Assembly: GCA_964016885.1 (NCBI GenBank)
Contig: OZ024740.1
Span: 340,132,001-340,196,000, forward strand
Direction of reading: 5' to 3'
From: Eledone cirrhosa
Lineage: Eukaryota
Length of the DNA stretch: 64,000 bases
The notes below the pieces were generated by a model. That model was given only the letters and a program-made list of their open reading frames with translations. It had not been told where the DNA came from and searched no databases. Of this stretch, positions 30,532-43,845 are shown piece after piece. A program made the position numbers and the translations under genes. Positions within the stretch are counted from its first letter, which is position 1. Each line of letters opens with the position of its first letter.

Positions 30532-32991
30532 AGAACGGGGAAAAACGAATAATACGTCATTAATAGGAGCGGTGAAAAACAATTACGCGCAAAGACAAAA
30601 CCACGTTTATGGTATAAAAGAGGTCGTAGACTAATGTTCTCTTAGGTGGTGCATAGAGACGTTCTCTGGCAATGAACGAAAAAACGAAGATAATAAGTCA
30701 TATGTGGAGCGTGGAGAACAATAGCACGCAAAGACAAAACCACGTAAATGGTATAGCAGAAATCGTAGACTAAAATTCTAACTAGGAGACCAAATGAATC
30801 TCCGCTACAGAGTTAAGAACAAAGTAAATAAATACAATACAGAAGTAATAGGAACAAATAAATACATACACGCAAACAGATACGTACATACACAAGCATA
30901 CGCAAAACCTTACCATGGGTATACAAAACCACGCACATATAAATATGTGTGTGTGTGTATGCTTGTGTACAAATAAATAAATAATTATATAAACGTATAT
31001 AAGTAAATAAATACGTATATAACAAGCGCACACGCATACCTACATATAAATACACGAATGTTCGGAGACGTAAGTCAACTAAAACAAGAAGTACACGTAT
31101 ACGCACACCCACCATACGTACGAACATGCACACTCACGCGGACGCAAAACTCCCGTATACACATAGCCAAACCCTAAATACCAGAATATGTAAAAATTAT
31201 ACGCTATAACAGTCAAATATACGTACGAGAAGGTATACATACCTTCACAAAACATACGGGTAATATATACTTACCTATGCAAATACGTAAAGGAATAAAC
31301 AAAACATATACTTAGCTCCCACATCAAGACGTAAAATATCCACGTATAGATCGTGCTATCCGTTAAGGTATAACGTGGGGCTGTAATACAGGAAAGTTTT
31401 GTGCAATTTATGTTTACAAGCCGAAATTGCCTCAGATTTTTTGTTTAAGATGTGGTCTGTAGCGTAGAGTATTTCCAGGGCCTCAGCGGCGCAGAGGTCA
31501 CATGGTCTTTTATTTCCGTTATACGATCTAGCCCTAGCTAGGATCTCCCAGTGTAACTTATATTGGGTGTGGTTGCCTTTTAGACTCCAGATATAAGCTG
31601 AAAGTGACGTCATATTCCTTCTTAGAGGGTAACGAAAAGAATGGGTATGCATGTAAAGACGCTGCTTGAAACTATTGGCGGTTAACCCTATGTAGGCCCT
31701 ACGGGACGTGGGTGTTACAACCTTACATTTGTAGACAATGTTACTAGAGAGGCATTTCCCGGATAGGGGGCAATCAGCCCGATTCCTACAATTACAGTTA
31801 GTACTACCTACAGGGTTGCACGTGTTCCTACGGCTAGGTAGTTTAGCTAAATTTGAAGCTGTGATGTTATGTGCAAGGTTAGGAGTCGTAGAGTAAGAAA
31901 TTTTAATAGTATTTCTATTAAAAATTTTACTATATTTATGTGTAGGGGGAAAATGCTTCGTAATAAGGGAAAGAAAGATCTTAGCTAATGGTGTGGCCAC
32001 CTCCATATTATATGGTGGGTTAAACCAACAAATGCGACGGGATCTATTTCTTCTAGGTCTATTTTCGTACACTGTATATGCTACCTTATCGACAAATCCA
32101 CTTCGAGCAAGAGCTTCATTGTAATAAGTGGAATGGTCGTTGAAAATGCGCTCGTTGGTGGAAAGACGGGAAAGCCTCAACGAAACGTTTCTTACCAGGT
32201 TCTTGGTTATGCTGGCAGGATGGTTGGAATGCTTACTTATGTAATTAAGCGTATCATTCGGCTTTCTATACGGGTAATACAACCCATTCAATAAATTGAG
32301 GGTAACGTCGAGGTAATTAACGACCGAGAGATTGGCCTCAACCTGTATAGAGAGGTTGAAGCCTTTAAAGAAGGCTGTGAGTTCTTTTCTGAACCTGTCG
32401 CAAGCACGAGGTCCGCACTTAGTCATGGTCAAAAGACCATCGTCACGGTACAAACCACCGCCCGCGTTGGGGAATTCGTCCTTGATAGAGAAAAGAAGGA
32501 AAAGGCCAATAAGATCAGTAACCTCCGCAGAGTCACTGGCGCCCATACTCACGTCGAATGGGGTACTATTGGATTTTTTAATCCAAATAGAGTCGTCGAA
32601 ATTAATCACCGACTTTCGGGCATTAAGGATGACATCAACTTCAAAATCCTTAACCACTGTGAGTGTTTTAGCGAAATTGATAGCTCTAAGGAGAAGTTGT
32701 AAAGTGATGGAGGAGTAGTAATTGTTGATGTCGAATTGGATAAAACGGCAATGTTCCTTGTTACATATGCCGTTGAACCAATCAATCACCGCGAAAGAAT
32801 TGTTCCACAGTGCGAGAGGGGCCAAACTTCTAATTTCAGGTATAATTCTATCAAGAATCGTTTTACTAAGTCTACCTAAATCGGACTTCGTAGGGTTAAT
32901 AAGCCGAATAGAGGGGTTGTTCGGAAAATTGGATTTGTGATCCTTCAGGGTAAAGTGGGGAGAGATAGGGTCCAGAGGTTCGGTCCGGTCA
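30532..32991 (-). mobile_element. Naiad-like PLE, 5'-truncated, 3' UTR cut before its hammerhead
   Basis: Contains the ORF below; UTR matches 18,150-18,970. Confidence 0.92.
31356..32991 (-). CDS. PLE RT + GIY-YIG, Naiad-like; uninterrupted but N-terminally truncated
   Basis: LKDHK..RLINP, QFDI, MGA, YRDDG, YLD, WFNPP, CNCRxxxxCPLxGxC, VY..YIG, CDLC; clade assigned from recalled motifs. Confidence 0.88.
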
Positions 32992-33008
32992 TATACATAT
33001 ATATATAC

Positions 33009-33056
<48 letters not shown>

Positions 33057-33060
<4 letters not shown>

Positions 33061-34500
33061 TCATCATCATCATCATCATCATCATCGTTTAACGTCCGTG
33101 TTCCACGCTTGCATGGGTTTGGACGGAGGGTTTTCCCACTTGAGGCAAGAGTGGTTATCTTGCTCGCATAGGACTATCTGGCGGGTTTTCTACAGCTGGA
33201 TGCCCTTCCTAACACCAACCACATTTACAGTGTGGGGCTGGGAGGTTTTTACCGTGTTGCCTACACGGCCACATTACAGCGTGAACTGTGTGTTTTTTTG
33301 ACGTGACACCTACACGATCTCATTTGTTTCGGCCTGGATGTTGTGGCACCAACATAACTTTACATTGAAAGGGGCGGTGTGGATGGGGTGGGGGTGGTGG
33401 GACGGGGGTGTATTTTGTTAGAGATGCCTACTGACTGTAGTAGGTTTTACTTTGTATTTAGGTAAGGCGGGTCTTCTCTATTACTGAGTACCGCCAAAGG
33501 TCTCGGTCCAGTGACATTGTCTTGGAGAGGTGTAAGTGTGTGAGGTCGGAATTTATCAGCTCGTCCCAGGTTTTTCTGGGTCTGCCTATTCCGTGGCTAC
33601 CGTCTATCTTTATTGCCCTGCACTTTGTTATACAGCTATCGTCCTTCATGCGCATCACGTGACCATACCAACGTAGCCTTCTCTCAGGTAAACAACATCT
33701 GATCCCTCTTATTTCTAATTTTTTTCTTAGTTCGTTTATGCTTTGCCGTTCACGTATATTACTATTACACATCCAGCGGAGCATGCAAGCTTCATTTCTT
33801 TCTAGTCTGCGTATATCCTCTGCACACAATGCCCAGGTCTCACTGCCATGCAACATTGCTGTTCGTATGCAGGCATCGTACAACCTGCCTTTCATTTTTA
33901 GGGAGAACCCTTTAGCGGCTAATAGTGGTATGAGGTCTCTGAACTTTTTCCACCCAGTTCTGACTCTAGCTACTGTACTTTCAGAGCACCCTCCCCCACT
34001 GCTGATTTTGTCACCCAGGTAACGGAAGCTGTCCACTATTTCTATAGAACCCTCTGCGCAGTTGAAAGAGCTAGTATTTTTGGGGCACTTGCTGCTACTT
34101 ATTGCCCCAGAACACCGGCCACATGTAAAATCTATGTTCTTAGTTAGCTTACCTGTGATCCCACTACATCTTTTATGCACCCAAACTTTGCATTTGGGAC
34201 ATAAAATGGAGTTTCTACCTACGCCTTTCCTACACTCTGAGCATGGCCACTTCCCGGAGGGGACCGCCGCCTTATTTTCTTTCTTACAAACTAGAACTTT
34301 AGTCTTAGCCAGGTTAATTTTAAGGCCTTTTGATTCTAGGCCGTGCTTCCATGTTTGGAATTTCTTCTCTAGCTCGGCCATTGATTCAGCTATGAGCGTT
34401 AGATCATCTGCGTATAGGAGTTCCCATGGGCAGCCGGTCTTGAACTCCACTGTTATAGCCTGGAGGGCAATAATAAATAGTAGGGGGCTAAGAACAGAGC
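33057..34500 (-). mobile_element. RTE-PHD LINE, 5'-truncated, frame intact 34,500-33,458
   Basis: SVLSPLLF..YADD..PHD..FRYLG; (GAT)n tail. Confidence 0.93.
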
Positions 34501-34510
34501 ATATATATAT

Positions 34511-35140
34511 AGTGTATATAGTGTATTTTGCATATATACATATATATATAGTGTGTATTTTGCAATACACTGTATGCTTAATTAAAAGCATTTCGAAGAC
34601 CTTATGCTATTGTTTTAGAGTAGTGACAGTCTCACCTACTTTAAATTTTCAGCAAACAGGGGAGATAAAGCTGACAGAGCTGTGTTTCGTACTGATTGGT
34701 ACTTATCAAAGCCAAGTACTCCACCTGTTTGCTGAAAATCATGAATGTTTGATTCTTATAGAATTTCTAGTAATAATCAGGAACTAAAACAATAGCATAA
34801 GGTCTTCAAATGCTTTTAATTAAGCATACAGTGTATTGCAAAATACACTATATATACATTCATATATATATCGCTATTTCAGAGCGCCAATTCTAATTTT
34901 TAATTTCTGCTTGACCGGCAATCGCTCTGTATAATCAGTTCCTGATTATTACTAGAAATTCTATAAGAATCAAACATTCATGATTTTCAGCAATCAGGTG
35001 GAGTACTTGGCTTTGATAAGTACCAATCAGTACAAAACATAGCTCTGTCAGCTTTAACTCCCCTGTTTGCTGAAAATTTAAAGTGAGACTGTCACTACTC
35101 TAAAACAATAGCATAAGGTCTTCGAAATGCTTTTAATTAA
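34511..35140. mobile_element. Non-coding inverted-arm element built from a 316-nt repeating unit
   Basis: TAAAACAATAGCATAAGGTCTTC at 34,785 and 35,101; 34,578-34,785 is the reverse complement of 34,937-35,140. Confidence 0.75.
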
Positions 35141-35150
35141 AAATTGCCTT

Positions 35151-35220
35151 GTCCGATGAACGAATGAGGACGTTTTTCGTATTCGTCTTATTCGGGAAAC
35201 CTCTGGTAATGAGGTAATTA
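35151..35220 (+). ncRNA. Hammerhead, U4C core, in a ~100-bp 3' fragment
   Basis: CCGATGA A CGAATGAGGACG..CGTCTTATTCG G GAAA CCTC tggtaat GAGG TA; stem I weak. Confidence 0.72.
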
Positions 35221-35240
35221 TATTGTATTGTTTATTATAC

Positions 35241-35295
<55 letters not shown>

Positions 35296-35303
35296 ATATA
35301 TGT

Positions 35304-35366
35304 ATTATATTTTATCTGATGAAAGCACACCATAATTTAACTTGGTGTCCTTGAAATATGTATAAT
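35304..35366 (+). ncRNA. Hammerhead of the 20,744 family (in fragment 35,303-35,503)
   Basis: CTGATGA AAG cACACCA..TGGTGTc CTT GAAA TATG TA; downstream ~140 nt homologous to 20,800-20,943. Confidence 0.7.
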
Positions 35367-35539
35367 GAAATAAATATAGTTTTATAAATATAGTTTCCAT
35401 TTGTTAATATCGTATTTTTACTCCAATTATTTGTTGAGTGCTATATATCAGTTATAAAAATATTTGCTTGTTGTATCCCAATAATTTAAATAGAACTTTC
35501 ACATATGTGTATATATATATGTATATATATATATATGTA

Positions 35540-35619
<80 letters not shown>

Positions 35620-36508
35620 ATGAATATAAAATGAAAGTGCTTTTATAAAGGAATTTATTAGGTATTGACATATGTTTCTGTAACAGACGGAATACCTATG
35701 TATCGCTGCTTGTGTAATCATATAATGTTAGCAAGTATTCGATAGCAAATGTATAATCAGTTGTCACTTCTTCAGAGATATTGGATAAATTGGAAAAAAT
35801 CAGAAAAATTAAAGTATTTATATTAGTTGTAAGAAAGGAAGAAGAGAAGGGATAGTATATGACAGATGGCAATTCAATTTGCTGGTAAAATATAGAAGGT
35901 TTTTAATGAGAATACAATGAGTATATGACTTATTTTATCTAAATAAGAATTTTTGGGAGTGCCTATTTTAATCTATATTTGACCAATTGAACAATAGACT
36001 GGGCTGGTCGTTTGGTGTAGTAGTATTAATACAGATATAATACGTCTTATTTGGTGTAGTAGTATTAATACAGATATAATACGTCTTATAGGTTGACTTT
36101 GCCTTTCATCCTTACGGGGTCGATAACATAAAGTACCAGTAATGCACTGGGTCATTGCTGGCCTTGTGCCTAAAGTAGAAACAAGTATTAATACAGATAT
36201 AAAGTGTCAAGTAAGGAAGAGAGAGATTTTCACTGCTACTGTATAACAACAATGATGGTAGCCTGCTAGTATATGCATTAGGGAATTGAATTAAGAAATC
36301 TCCTTTTATCTATAGCAGTTTATATTAAATGGTAAAGAATAGAAGAATTGATAGAATTAAGACTAATAGAGAATGTTAATATGTATTTTGACAATCAAAC
36401 GGAGATGGAGACAGGCGTTCAATCCTGGTAGCGTTTGTAATATGAAAATGTAGATTTCAAGCGATGGTTACAGTATAACGATCGCTCTATTGTTTTTTAA
36501 TAAAATAT

Positions 36509-36601
<93 letters not shown>

Positions 36602-36672
36602 GTATATATGTATATATATATTTATATATGTATATATATATATATATGTATATATGTATATATATATATTTA

Positions 36673-36731
<59 letters not shown>

Positions 36732-36734
36732 GTA

Positions 36735-36769
<35 letters not shown>

Positions 36770-36844
36770 GTGTGTGTATATGTATATATATATATATATG
36801 TGTATATATATATATATGTATATATAACTATATATGTATGTATA

Positions 36845-36928
<84 letters not shown>

Positions 36929-36971
36929 CATATATATATATGTGTGTTTATATATATATATATATATATAT

Positions 36972-38020
36972 ATTATGAAGAGAGAAGAAACATTTAGATA
37001 TAATTAGTAATAAAATGTATCATACCTAAACTGCTCCTAAATTCCTCGACTACGTAGTTTCGTGGCATAAACAAAAACAATATATCATAAAGATATAGAG
37101 TCTCTGCGAGGTCTGCCGACTTATCAAGAGGATACCTCATTTTACTAGTCTCAAGAACGCGTCTACACGACGTGAGAAAGAATCCCAAAAGGCGGAGGGG
37201 GAGATAGTCACGCGATATAACGGTCGAGAAACAGAGCTAAGCCTCTTATAACCCCGAAGAAAATACCACGGAGGCGGAGGGGGTATTTATATCGAGGCCG
37301 TAGAAGAGGTGGTGAAGAAGGCGAGAAGTATGAGTAATGGAAGCTTTCCAGCTGTCCCCACACTTCAAAGATTGCTCGACCAGAGGGAGTTATTAACAAT
37401 ATATTTAGAAACACACAGATACATGCGGACACACACATATATACATGAATGCATCCGCACCCAACTGTGAGTTAAGGGTGCCAACTTCACCGATGTTGCT
37501 CAATGAATGACTGGGACAGACCAATTCAGTTGAACTAGACTGAACCAGTATCCGTGGTATTTTCTTCGGGGTTATAAGAGGCTTAGCTCTGTTTCTCGAC
37601 CGTTATATCGCGTGACTATCTCCCCCTCCGCCTTTTGGGATTCTTTCTCACGTCGTGTAGACGCGTTCTTGAGACTAGTAAAATGAGGTATCCTCTTGAT
37701 AAGTCGGCAGACCTCGCAGGAACTCTATATCTTTATGATATATTGTTTTTGTTTATGCCACGAAACTACGTAGTCGAGGAATTTAGGAGCAGTTTAGGTA
37801 TGATACATTTTATTACTAATTATATCTAAATGTTTCTTCTCTCTTCATAATGTATTTTTAACTCTGATACTGGTTCAGTCTAGTTCAACTGAATTGGTCT
37901 GTCCCAGTCATTCATTGAGCAACATCGGTGAAGTTGGCACCCTTAACTCACAGTTGGGTGCGGATGCATTCATGTATATATGTGTGTGTCCGCATGTATC
38001 TGTGTGTTTCTAAATATATT
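36972..38020. mobile_element. Non-coding two-arm element from a circularly permuted ~595-nt unit
   Basis: 36,972-37,272 = rc(37,551-37,851); 37,398-37,552 = rc(37,866-38,020). Confidence 0.88.
37691..37780 (+). ncRNA. Hammerhead, C3U/G8A core, extended stem II, GUC site (inverted copy 37,043-37,132)
   Basis: TCCTC TTGATAA GTcGGCA..TATATC tttat GATATA..TGCCAC GAAA CTACGTAG TC GAGGA. Confidence 0.82.
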
Positions 38021-38047
38021 ATATATATATATATGTATATATATATG

Positions 38048-38224
<177 letters not shown>

Positions 38225-38246
38225 GTATATATGTATGTATATATAC

Positions 38247-38330
<84 letters not shown>

Positions 38331-38339
38331 ATGAAGTAT

Positions 38340-38659
38340 TTGCTTCAAAAAAAATTACCCACTGAAGAACAACCGATTGTCCTTGACAGAGAAACCCTTG
38401 ATGAGGTTGATCGCTTTATAAATGTCATGGAGGCCAACTGAAAACGTGGCTTAGGACAGTGAGGAAGACGCTGAGTTGATCTTAGGCCCACGCCTGTGTG
38501 GGGCTCGGTGATGGAACGGCGAATGGCTGACACTCATATCTTTGATAGCGTCGGACCGTCATGCTTGGTTGGCCTTCATTTGGGATATGGTAAATTCGTT
38601 GGATGGAGCCGACTCAATCGAACCAGGGTGAATGCTGCTACAAGAACAAGAACAAGAAG
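38340..38659 (+). mobile_element. Internally deleted RTE-like LINE with (CAAGAA)n tail and 13-bp TSD
   Basis: AAACATGAAGTAT at 38,327-38,339 and 38,660-38,672; LDEVDRF and GGQLKTW motifs. Confidence 0.72.
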
Positions 38660-38822
38660 AAACATGAAGTATAAGCCAACGGGTTAGAATTAACTTTCTA
38701 CCGGAGCCTTGAGAAAGCAACACCAAAATTCAGTGCCGAGCCTGTCAATGAATCAAAACTACAGAAGTAAGCTTTATTTCATCGTTATGTTTTTCTGTTT
38801 TTCCTGTTCAAATTATAGCTAT

Positions 38823-38871
38823 CTGATGAGGTCATGGCTATTACATAATGGTTATCACCCAAATATATATA
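38823..38871 (+). ncRNA. Degenerate hammerhead (GAAA>CAAA)
   Basis: CTGATGA GGT..ACC CAAA TATATA TA. Confidence 0.5.
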
Positions 38872-39048
38872 ACCGCGACTATGAATAAACAAAGTTAATT
38901 TTAAACTGTGGACTATAAGTCATGTTTATAAATATACCCCAGAGCAAATAGACCCACCTGCACACTTCATTGAGTGCTTTATCCTGCATACTAAAATGTT
39001 GATGACTAACCAACACATACTCAAATTAATATTATATATATATATATA

Positions 39049-39763
39049 CGAACAGCAATGTATCCGAACAGCAATGTTACATGGTAGTGAGACCTGGGCA
39101 CTGTCTGTGGAAGACTTGCGTAGATTAGAAAGAAACGAAGCCTGCATGCTCTGATGGATGTGTAATAGTAATATACGCAAACGGCAAAGCATAAATGAAT
39201 TGAGAGAGAGACTGAGCATAAGAGGAATCAAATGCTGTGTGCAAGAGAGGAGGTTGCGTTGGTATGGACATGTGATGCATATGAAGGATGACAGCTGCAT
39301 AAAAAGGTGCAGAGCACTAGAAGTCGATGAAAACCATGGAGTGGGGAGACCCAAGAAGACCTGGGATGAGTTGATAAAAGCCGACCTTACCCAATTACAC
39401 CTCTCAAGAGCGATGACACACAACCGTGACATCTGGCATCACGCAGTAATACAGAGTACCCGACCCTCCTACAGGTAGAAGCCGAAGCTGAAGCATATAG
39501 ACAATATGCCCCCACCCTCTCCCACTGCAAGGTGGTTGTGGAGGTGCCACGGCAAAAAAAGCACCCAGCCCACACTGTAAAGTGGACGTGTAGGCGCCAC
39601 GGAATAAAAGCACCCGGCACTCACTGTAAATGAGGTTGGTATTAGGAAGGGCATCCAGCTGTAGAAATCAAGCCAGAGTCAGTTCCCGTATGAGCAAGGC
39701 ATGGTCAGCTGACCGGCTACTGCCCACAACAGGACAACCCATCTAACCCATGCTAGCGTGGGT
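39049..39763 (+). mobile_element. RTE subfamily 2, decayed 3' part
   Basis: LHGSETW..WYGHV..GRPKKTW; UTR matches 1652-1790. Confidence 0.88.
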
Positions 39764-41448
39764 TAATTAATTTAGTTACAGATATAGTAAAAGATGAGAT
39801 GGTTATAACTGGAATACTTTTGATCACAAATCTATTTAAACAGGCTGATCTGGGGCTAAACAATAATAATGGTTTCTGATTTAGGCACAAGGCCAGCAAT
39901 TTGGGGAGGAGAAAGTTTATTAAATTGACTCTAGTGTGTTACTGATACTTTATTTTATTGACCCCTTTAAGGATGAAAGGCAAAGCTAACCTCAGCGGGA
40001 TTTGAACTCAGAACATAAAGGGCCATAACTCTAGCTACACAACATATTGTCCAGCGTTCTACTGATTATGACAATCACTGCCCTTCAATCTACCAATAAT
40101 AATAACAATGAATGCAGTTATGGCTGTGTAATTAAGAAAGTTGCTTCACAACCATGTGTTTCTGGATTCAATGCTAGTGTGAAGCACCTTGGGCAAATTT
40201 CTTTTGCCATAACCTTGAGTTGACTAATGACTTGTGAGTGAAATTTGATAGATGAAAACTGTTAGAAGACCTATTACAAATGTGTGCATGTGTAGAAGTG
40301 TGTGTGCTTGTGAGTGAACATGTGTATACCACTGATGTATATTGGTGATAAGCAGATGTTTTTGAAGAAAAATACCTTGTGGTATTTTCTTCACTCAAGT
40401 TTCACAGATACTTCCTTGTTACTCTTGACATTGTAAATGCAGTGAACTAGTTATTGGCCTTTGGAAACATTATCATCATCATCGTTTAACATCCATTTTT
40501 CATGCTAGCATGGGTTAGACAAGTTGTCTCATTTGAGGCAAGTTGGGTCTAGTGACCATGTCACCTTACTCATATATAACTGGCTAGGTTTCTACAACTA
40601 GATGCCCTTCCTAGCAACCTACAATGCCATTGTTCATAAAAAGCAATATATTATGTGTGTAGAACTCACATAGGAGGTGCTAGTATAACTTATTCCGTTC
40701 ACGTTAACATATACACTTATTTATCTTGTAGGGAAGGAGCTACACACACAGATGGCTGTATTTAAGAGGGGACACCAGCCAGAAGTTTACCTTGAAATAA
40801 TTGTTGCATATATAATCTATATAAATAACCACAGGATAATGGAATAGACATGAGAGTTGTGTTGGTTTTAACATTCTTCAGATTTAAATATAGTGAAATA
40901 TCTTTCAAACTATTTACTATTCTATTGACTTTAGTTATTCTTTATTACCACACCTTACTTTCATCTGAAATTAGATTAATCCAAAGTACTTTGATTTAGT
41001 CACAATTCTTGTGCTGTTCATTCTATCAAATTGGTGGGAAAACCTTTGCTGCCATAGCTAGCATCATGACAATGGCATTAAAGGAATGTTTGGAACACTT
41101 TCATTTCACACACATATACATAATTATATCCAAATGCAATGACTGGAAGAAAATATGCCATGTGTCATGATTTCTATTTCATTTTACATTAACTTTCCAC
41201 ATTGACATAAAATGAAAGGTGAAATATTAGTGAAACCTCATTTCTCTATATCATTGATGATTGTTTCAAAGAACTTTTAACACAAATACTGAATATTTAT
41301 TTAATGTATGCATGTATGTATGTACATAGTGGTCAACAGTAACAGTTGATGAAAGGTTGTCAGGACCGTTGTGGATATCATTGGCATTGAACCTGTATAC
41401 TCACTGTTTTTTTACACCATGTTACAACTACCAATATACATAGTTAAG

Positions 41449-41674
41449 TTAACCTTTTAGCATTTAAACCGGCCATATCTGGCCCGAATTCTCTCACCTC
41501 ATTCTCTTCAAACTGGCTGTAACCAGCCACTCATACTTATGTTAAGGTATTGTTCTCAAAATAAATATCAAAATCTTGTACATTCAATATTATGCGAGAT
41601 AATTATGTAAGATAAAGGCTTTTCTGTGAAAATACAATAGTAAATATAGAATAATGTGAATGCTAAACAGTTAA
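41449..41674 (+). mobile_element. TTAA-flanked piggyBac-like MITE
   Basis: TTAA CCTTTTAGCATT..AATGCTAAACAG TTAA; three homologous copies in the window. Confidence 0.68.
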
Positions 41675-42374
41675 AGTCTGTGTCAAATCATCAAGCTCAT
41701 CCAGTCTCAATGTAGTTATTCGACATGCTAGAAAAAGCAATCAAATTTCCCTTGATGAAATCCATATAAGGAAATGGCATGTGAAATAATGTAGTCCTAC
41801 ATACCAGTTTTTCTTTTACTGTTTAGTCAGTGAGAGAAAGCCAGTACCCATGTTACTTTTCATGGATTCTCGAACTAGTGGAAGGCAAGGATAAAGGTAT
41901 CATCCAACCAAAGACCTGACTCAAATGCTTGCAACAGAATGGAATCCACTAAGAGCACCCAAGGGCCAGGTAGTGATGTTAAACCAAGTGAGGGATTAAT
42001 CCCTTTGATACTTGGCCACCTGCAATCACCCTGGTTCTAAGATACTAAACTGTGCATTTTAAAGTGTTTATATTTATCTAAAAACCTTCCATCATAATTT
42101 TATGTAAAAGTCTTTTTTAAGTTATGTTCCAGACACCAGTTTAATAAAGAGAAAGTTAGTTATTTTACTAAATCTGTCGAAATTCTTGATTATTTTGAAA
42201 ATTATTTGAAAACCATACATAATGTCTTTCATTAAACATATGATAACAGAAGGGGTAGGTTTAAACAGTGCTGATATGAAAATGCACAAAAAGACTGATG
42301 TACACATATACACATGCACACACATACAAATATATATGCATGCACCAACAACAGATGTGTGTGTGTGTGTGTGT

Positions 42375-42700
42375 GGAATTTGAAGTCAGCTTTCACAACC
42401 TCTGCCCAGATGGCTCTTGGTCATCCTCTATTGCGACTTCCTTCCATTGGCACTCTCTGCCACTTCACCCATTGGTCATTATCTATGTGCATCACATGTC
42501 CATACCAACAGTCTTCTCTCCTGCACACCACCTCAGATTCCTCTTAAACCCAGCTTCTCCCTTAACTCATCCAAACTCTGCCTTTCTCTCACACTTACGT
42601 TGCATATCCAACAAAGCATGGTTGCTTCATTTATCTCCAGTTTATGCTTGCTCTCTGCAATCACAGCCAATGTTCCACTATCATGTGGTATCGCACACTA
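42375..42700 (-). mobile_element. Old RTE fragment
   Basis: Homologous to the C-terminal region of the RTE copies. Confidence 0.7.
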
Positions 42701-42960
42701 TCATTACAAATTAATAAGGGTGACAGTCTTTAACTATCATATTTTGTATTGTCACTCACATCATCACCATAATCATAATCACCATCATCACCATCCTTAC
42801 CATCCTCACCATCATCATCACCATTATTATCATCGTCAATTTCGTTATGACTTTGATGATAGGACATGTGATGAGTATAGAGACGGATAGCTGAGTGAAA
42901 AATTGTCAAATGATGCTAATAGAAGAAGACTGTGAGAGGAAAACTGAAAGTGATGTGGAC

Positions 42961-43320
42961 AGAAATGGTGAGAGATGAGACTGATCTGGGGATGCTTAGC
43001 CTCCAAAGGGAGATAACAAAAGTTTACTACAAAAGGAGAGGTCAAGGTGAGAAATGGTGAGAGATGAGACTGATCTGGGGATGCTTAGCCTTCAAAGGGA
43101 GATAACAAAAGTTTACTACAAAAGGAGAGGTCAAGGTGAGAAATGGTGAGAGATGAGACTGATCTGGGGATGCTTAGCCTTCAAAGGGAGATAACAAAAG
43201 TTTACTACAAAAGGAGAGGTCAAGGTGAGAAATGGTGAGAGATGAGACTGATCTGGGGATGCTTAGCCTTCAAAGGGAGATAACAAAAGTTTACTACAAA
43301 AGGAGAGGTCAAGGTGAGAA
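42961..43320. repeat. 89-bp tandem repeat x4
   Basis: Units start at 42,961, 43,050, 43,139 and 43,228. Confidence 0.95.
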
Positions 43321-43798
43321 ACGTGTTGAAACTGAGCATCTAGCATGGAATAGTACCGTGAGGCTGATCTCAGAATAAAGCTGCTCAGACTCACAAAGGA
43401 AATGAAAAAGGATCACAAGGAGAAATTGTGTGTTGAAATTGAGCATCTGGCATGGAAATACAGACATAAAAAATTGATGATGATGATGATGAGGATATAT
43501 ATTTAACAGGAGAGAAATTTTTCATTGATATTAACTGAATTACCATCAGGAAATTATTGATAACTTAGTTTGAAATTCTTTTTTTTTTTCTTTTTTTATC
43601 TAATCCATTTCCATTAATTTGTGAATCTTTCATCAGGAAATTACATAGATATATCACTTGTTAAAGAAGCCAGACATTTCATAAACATATAGTTGTTGTT
43701 TGGTTTTTATTGGTTTCTTTTTGTATTGTTTTTTTATGCTGTTGTTGTTTTTTGTCTTGCTAACCAAATGCAAACTGTTTTTATGGCAATATTAAACT

Positions 43799-43845
<47 letters not shown>

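Noticed and set aside
36444-36496. Hammerhead-like fold on - (CAATAGA, GCGAT..ATCGC, GAAA)
   Set aside because: Good stem II but the core and cleavage triplet are too degenerate.
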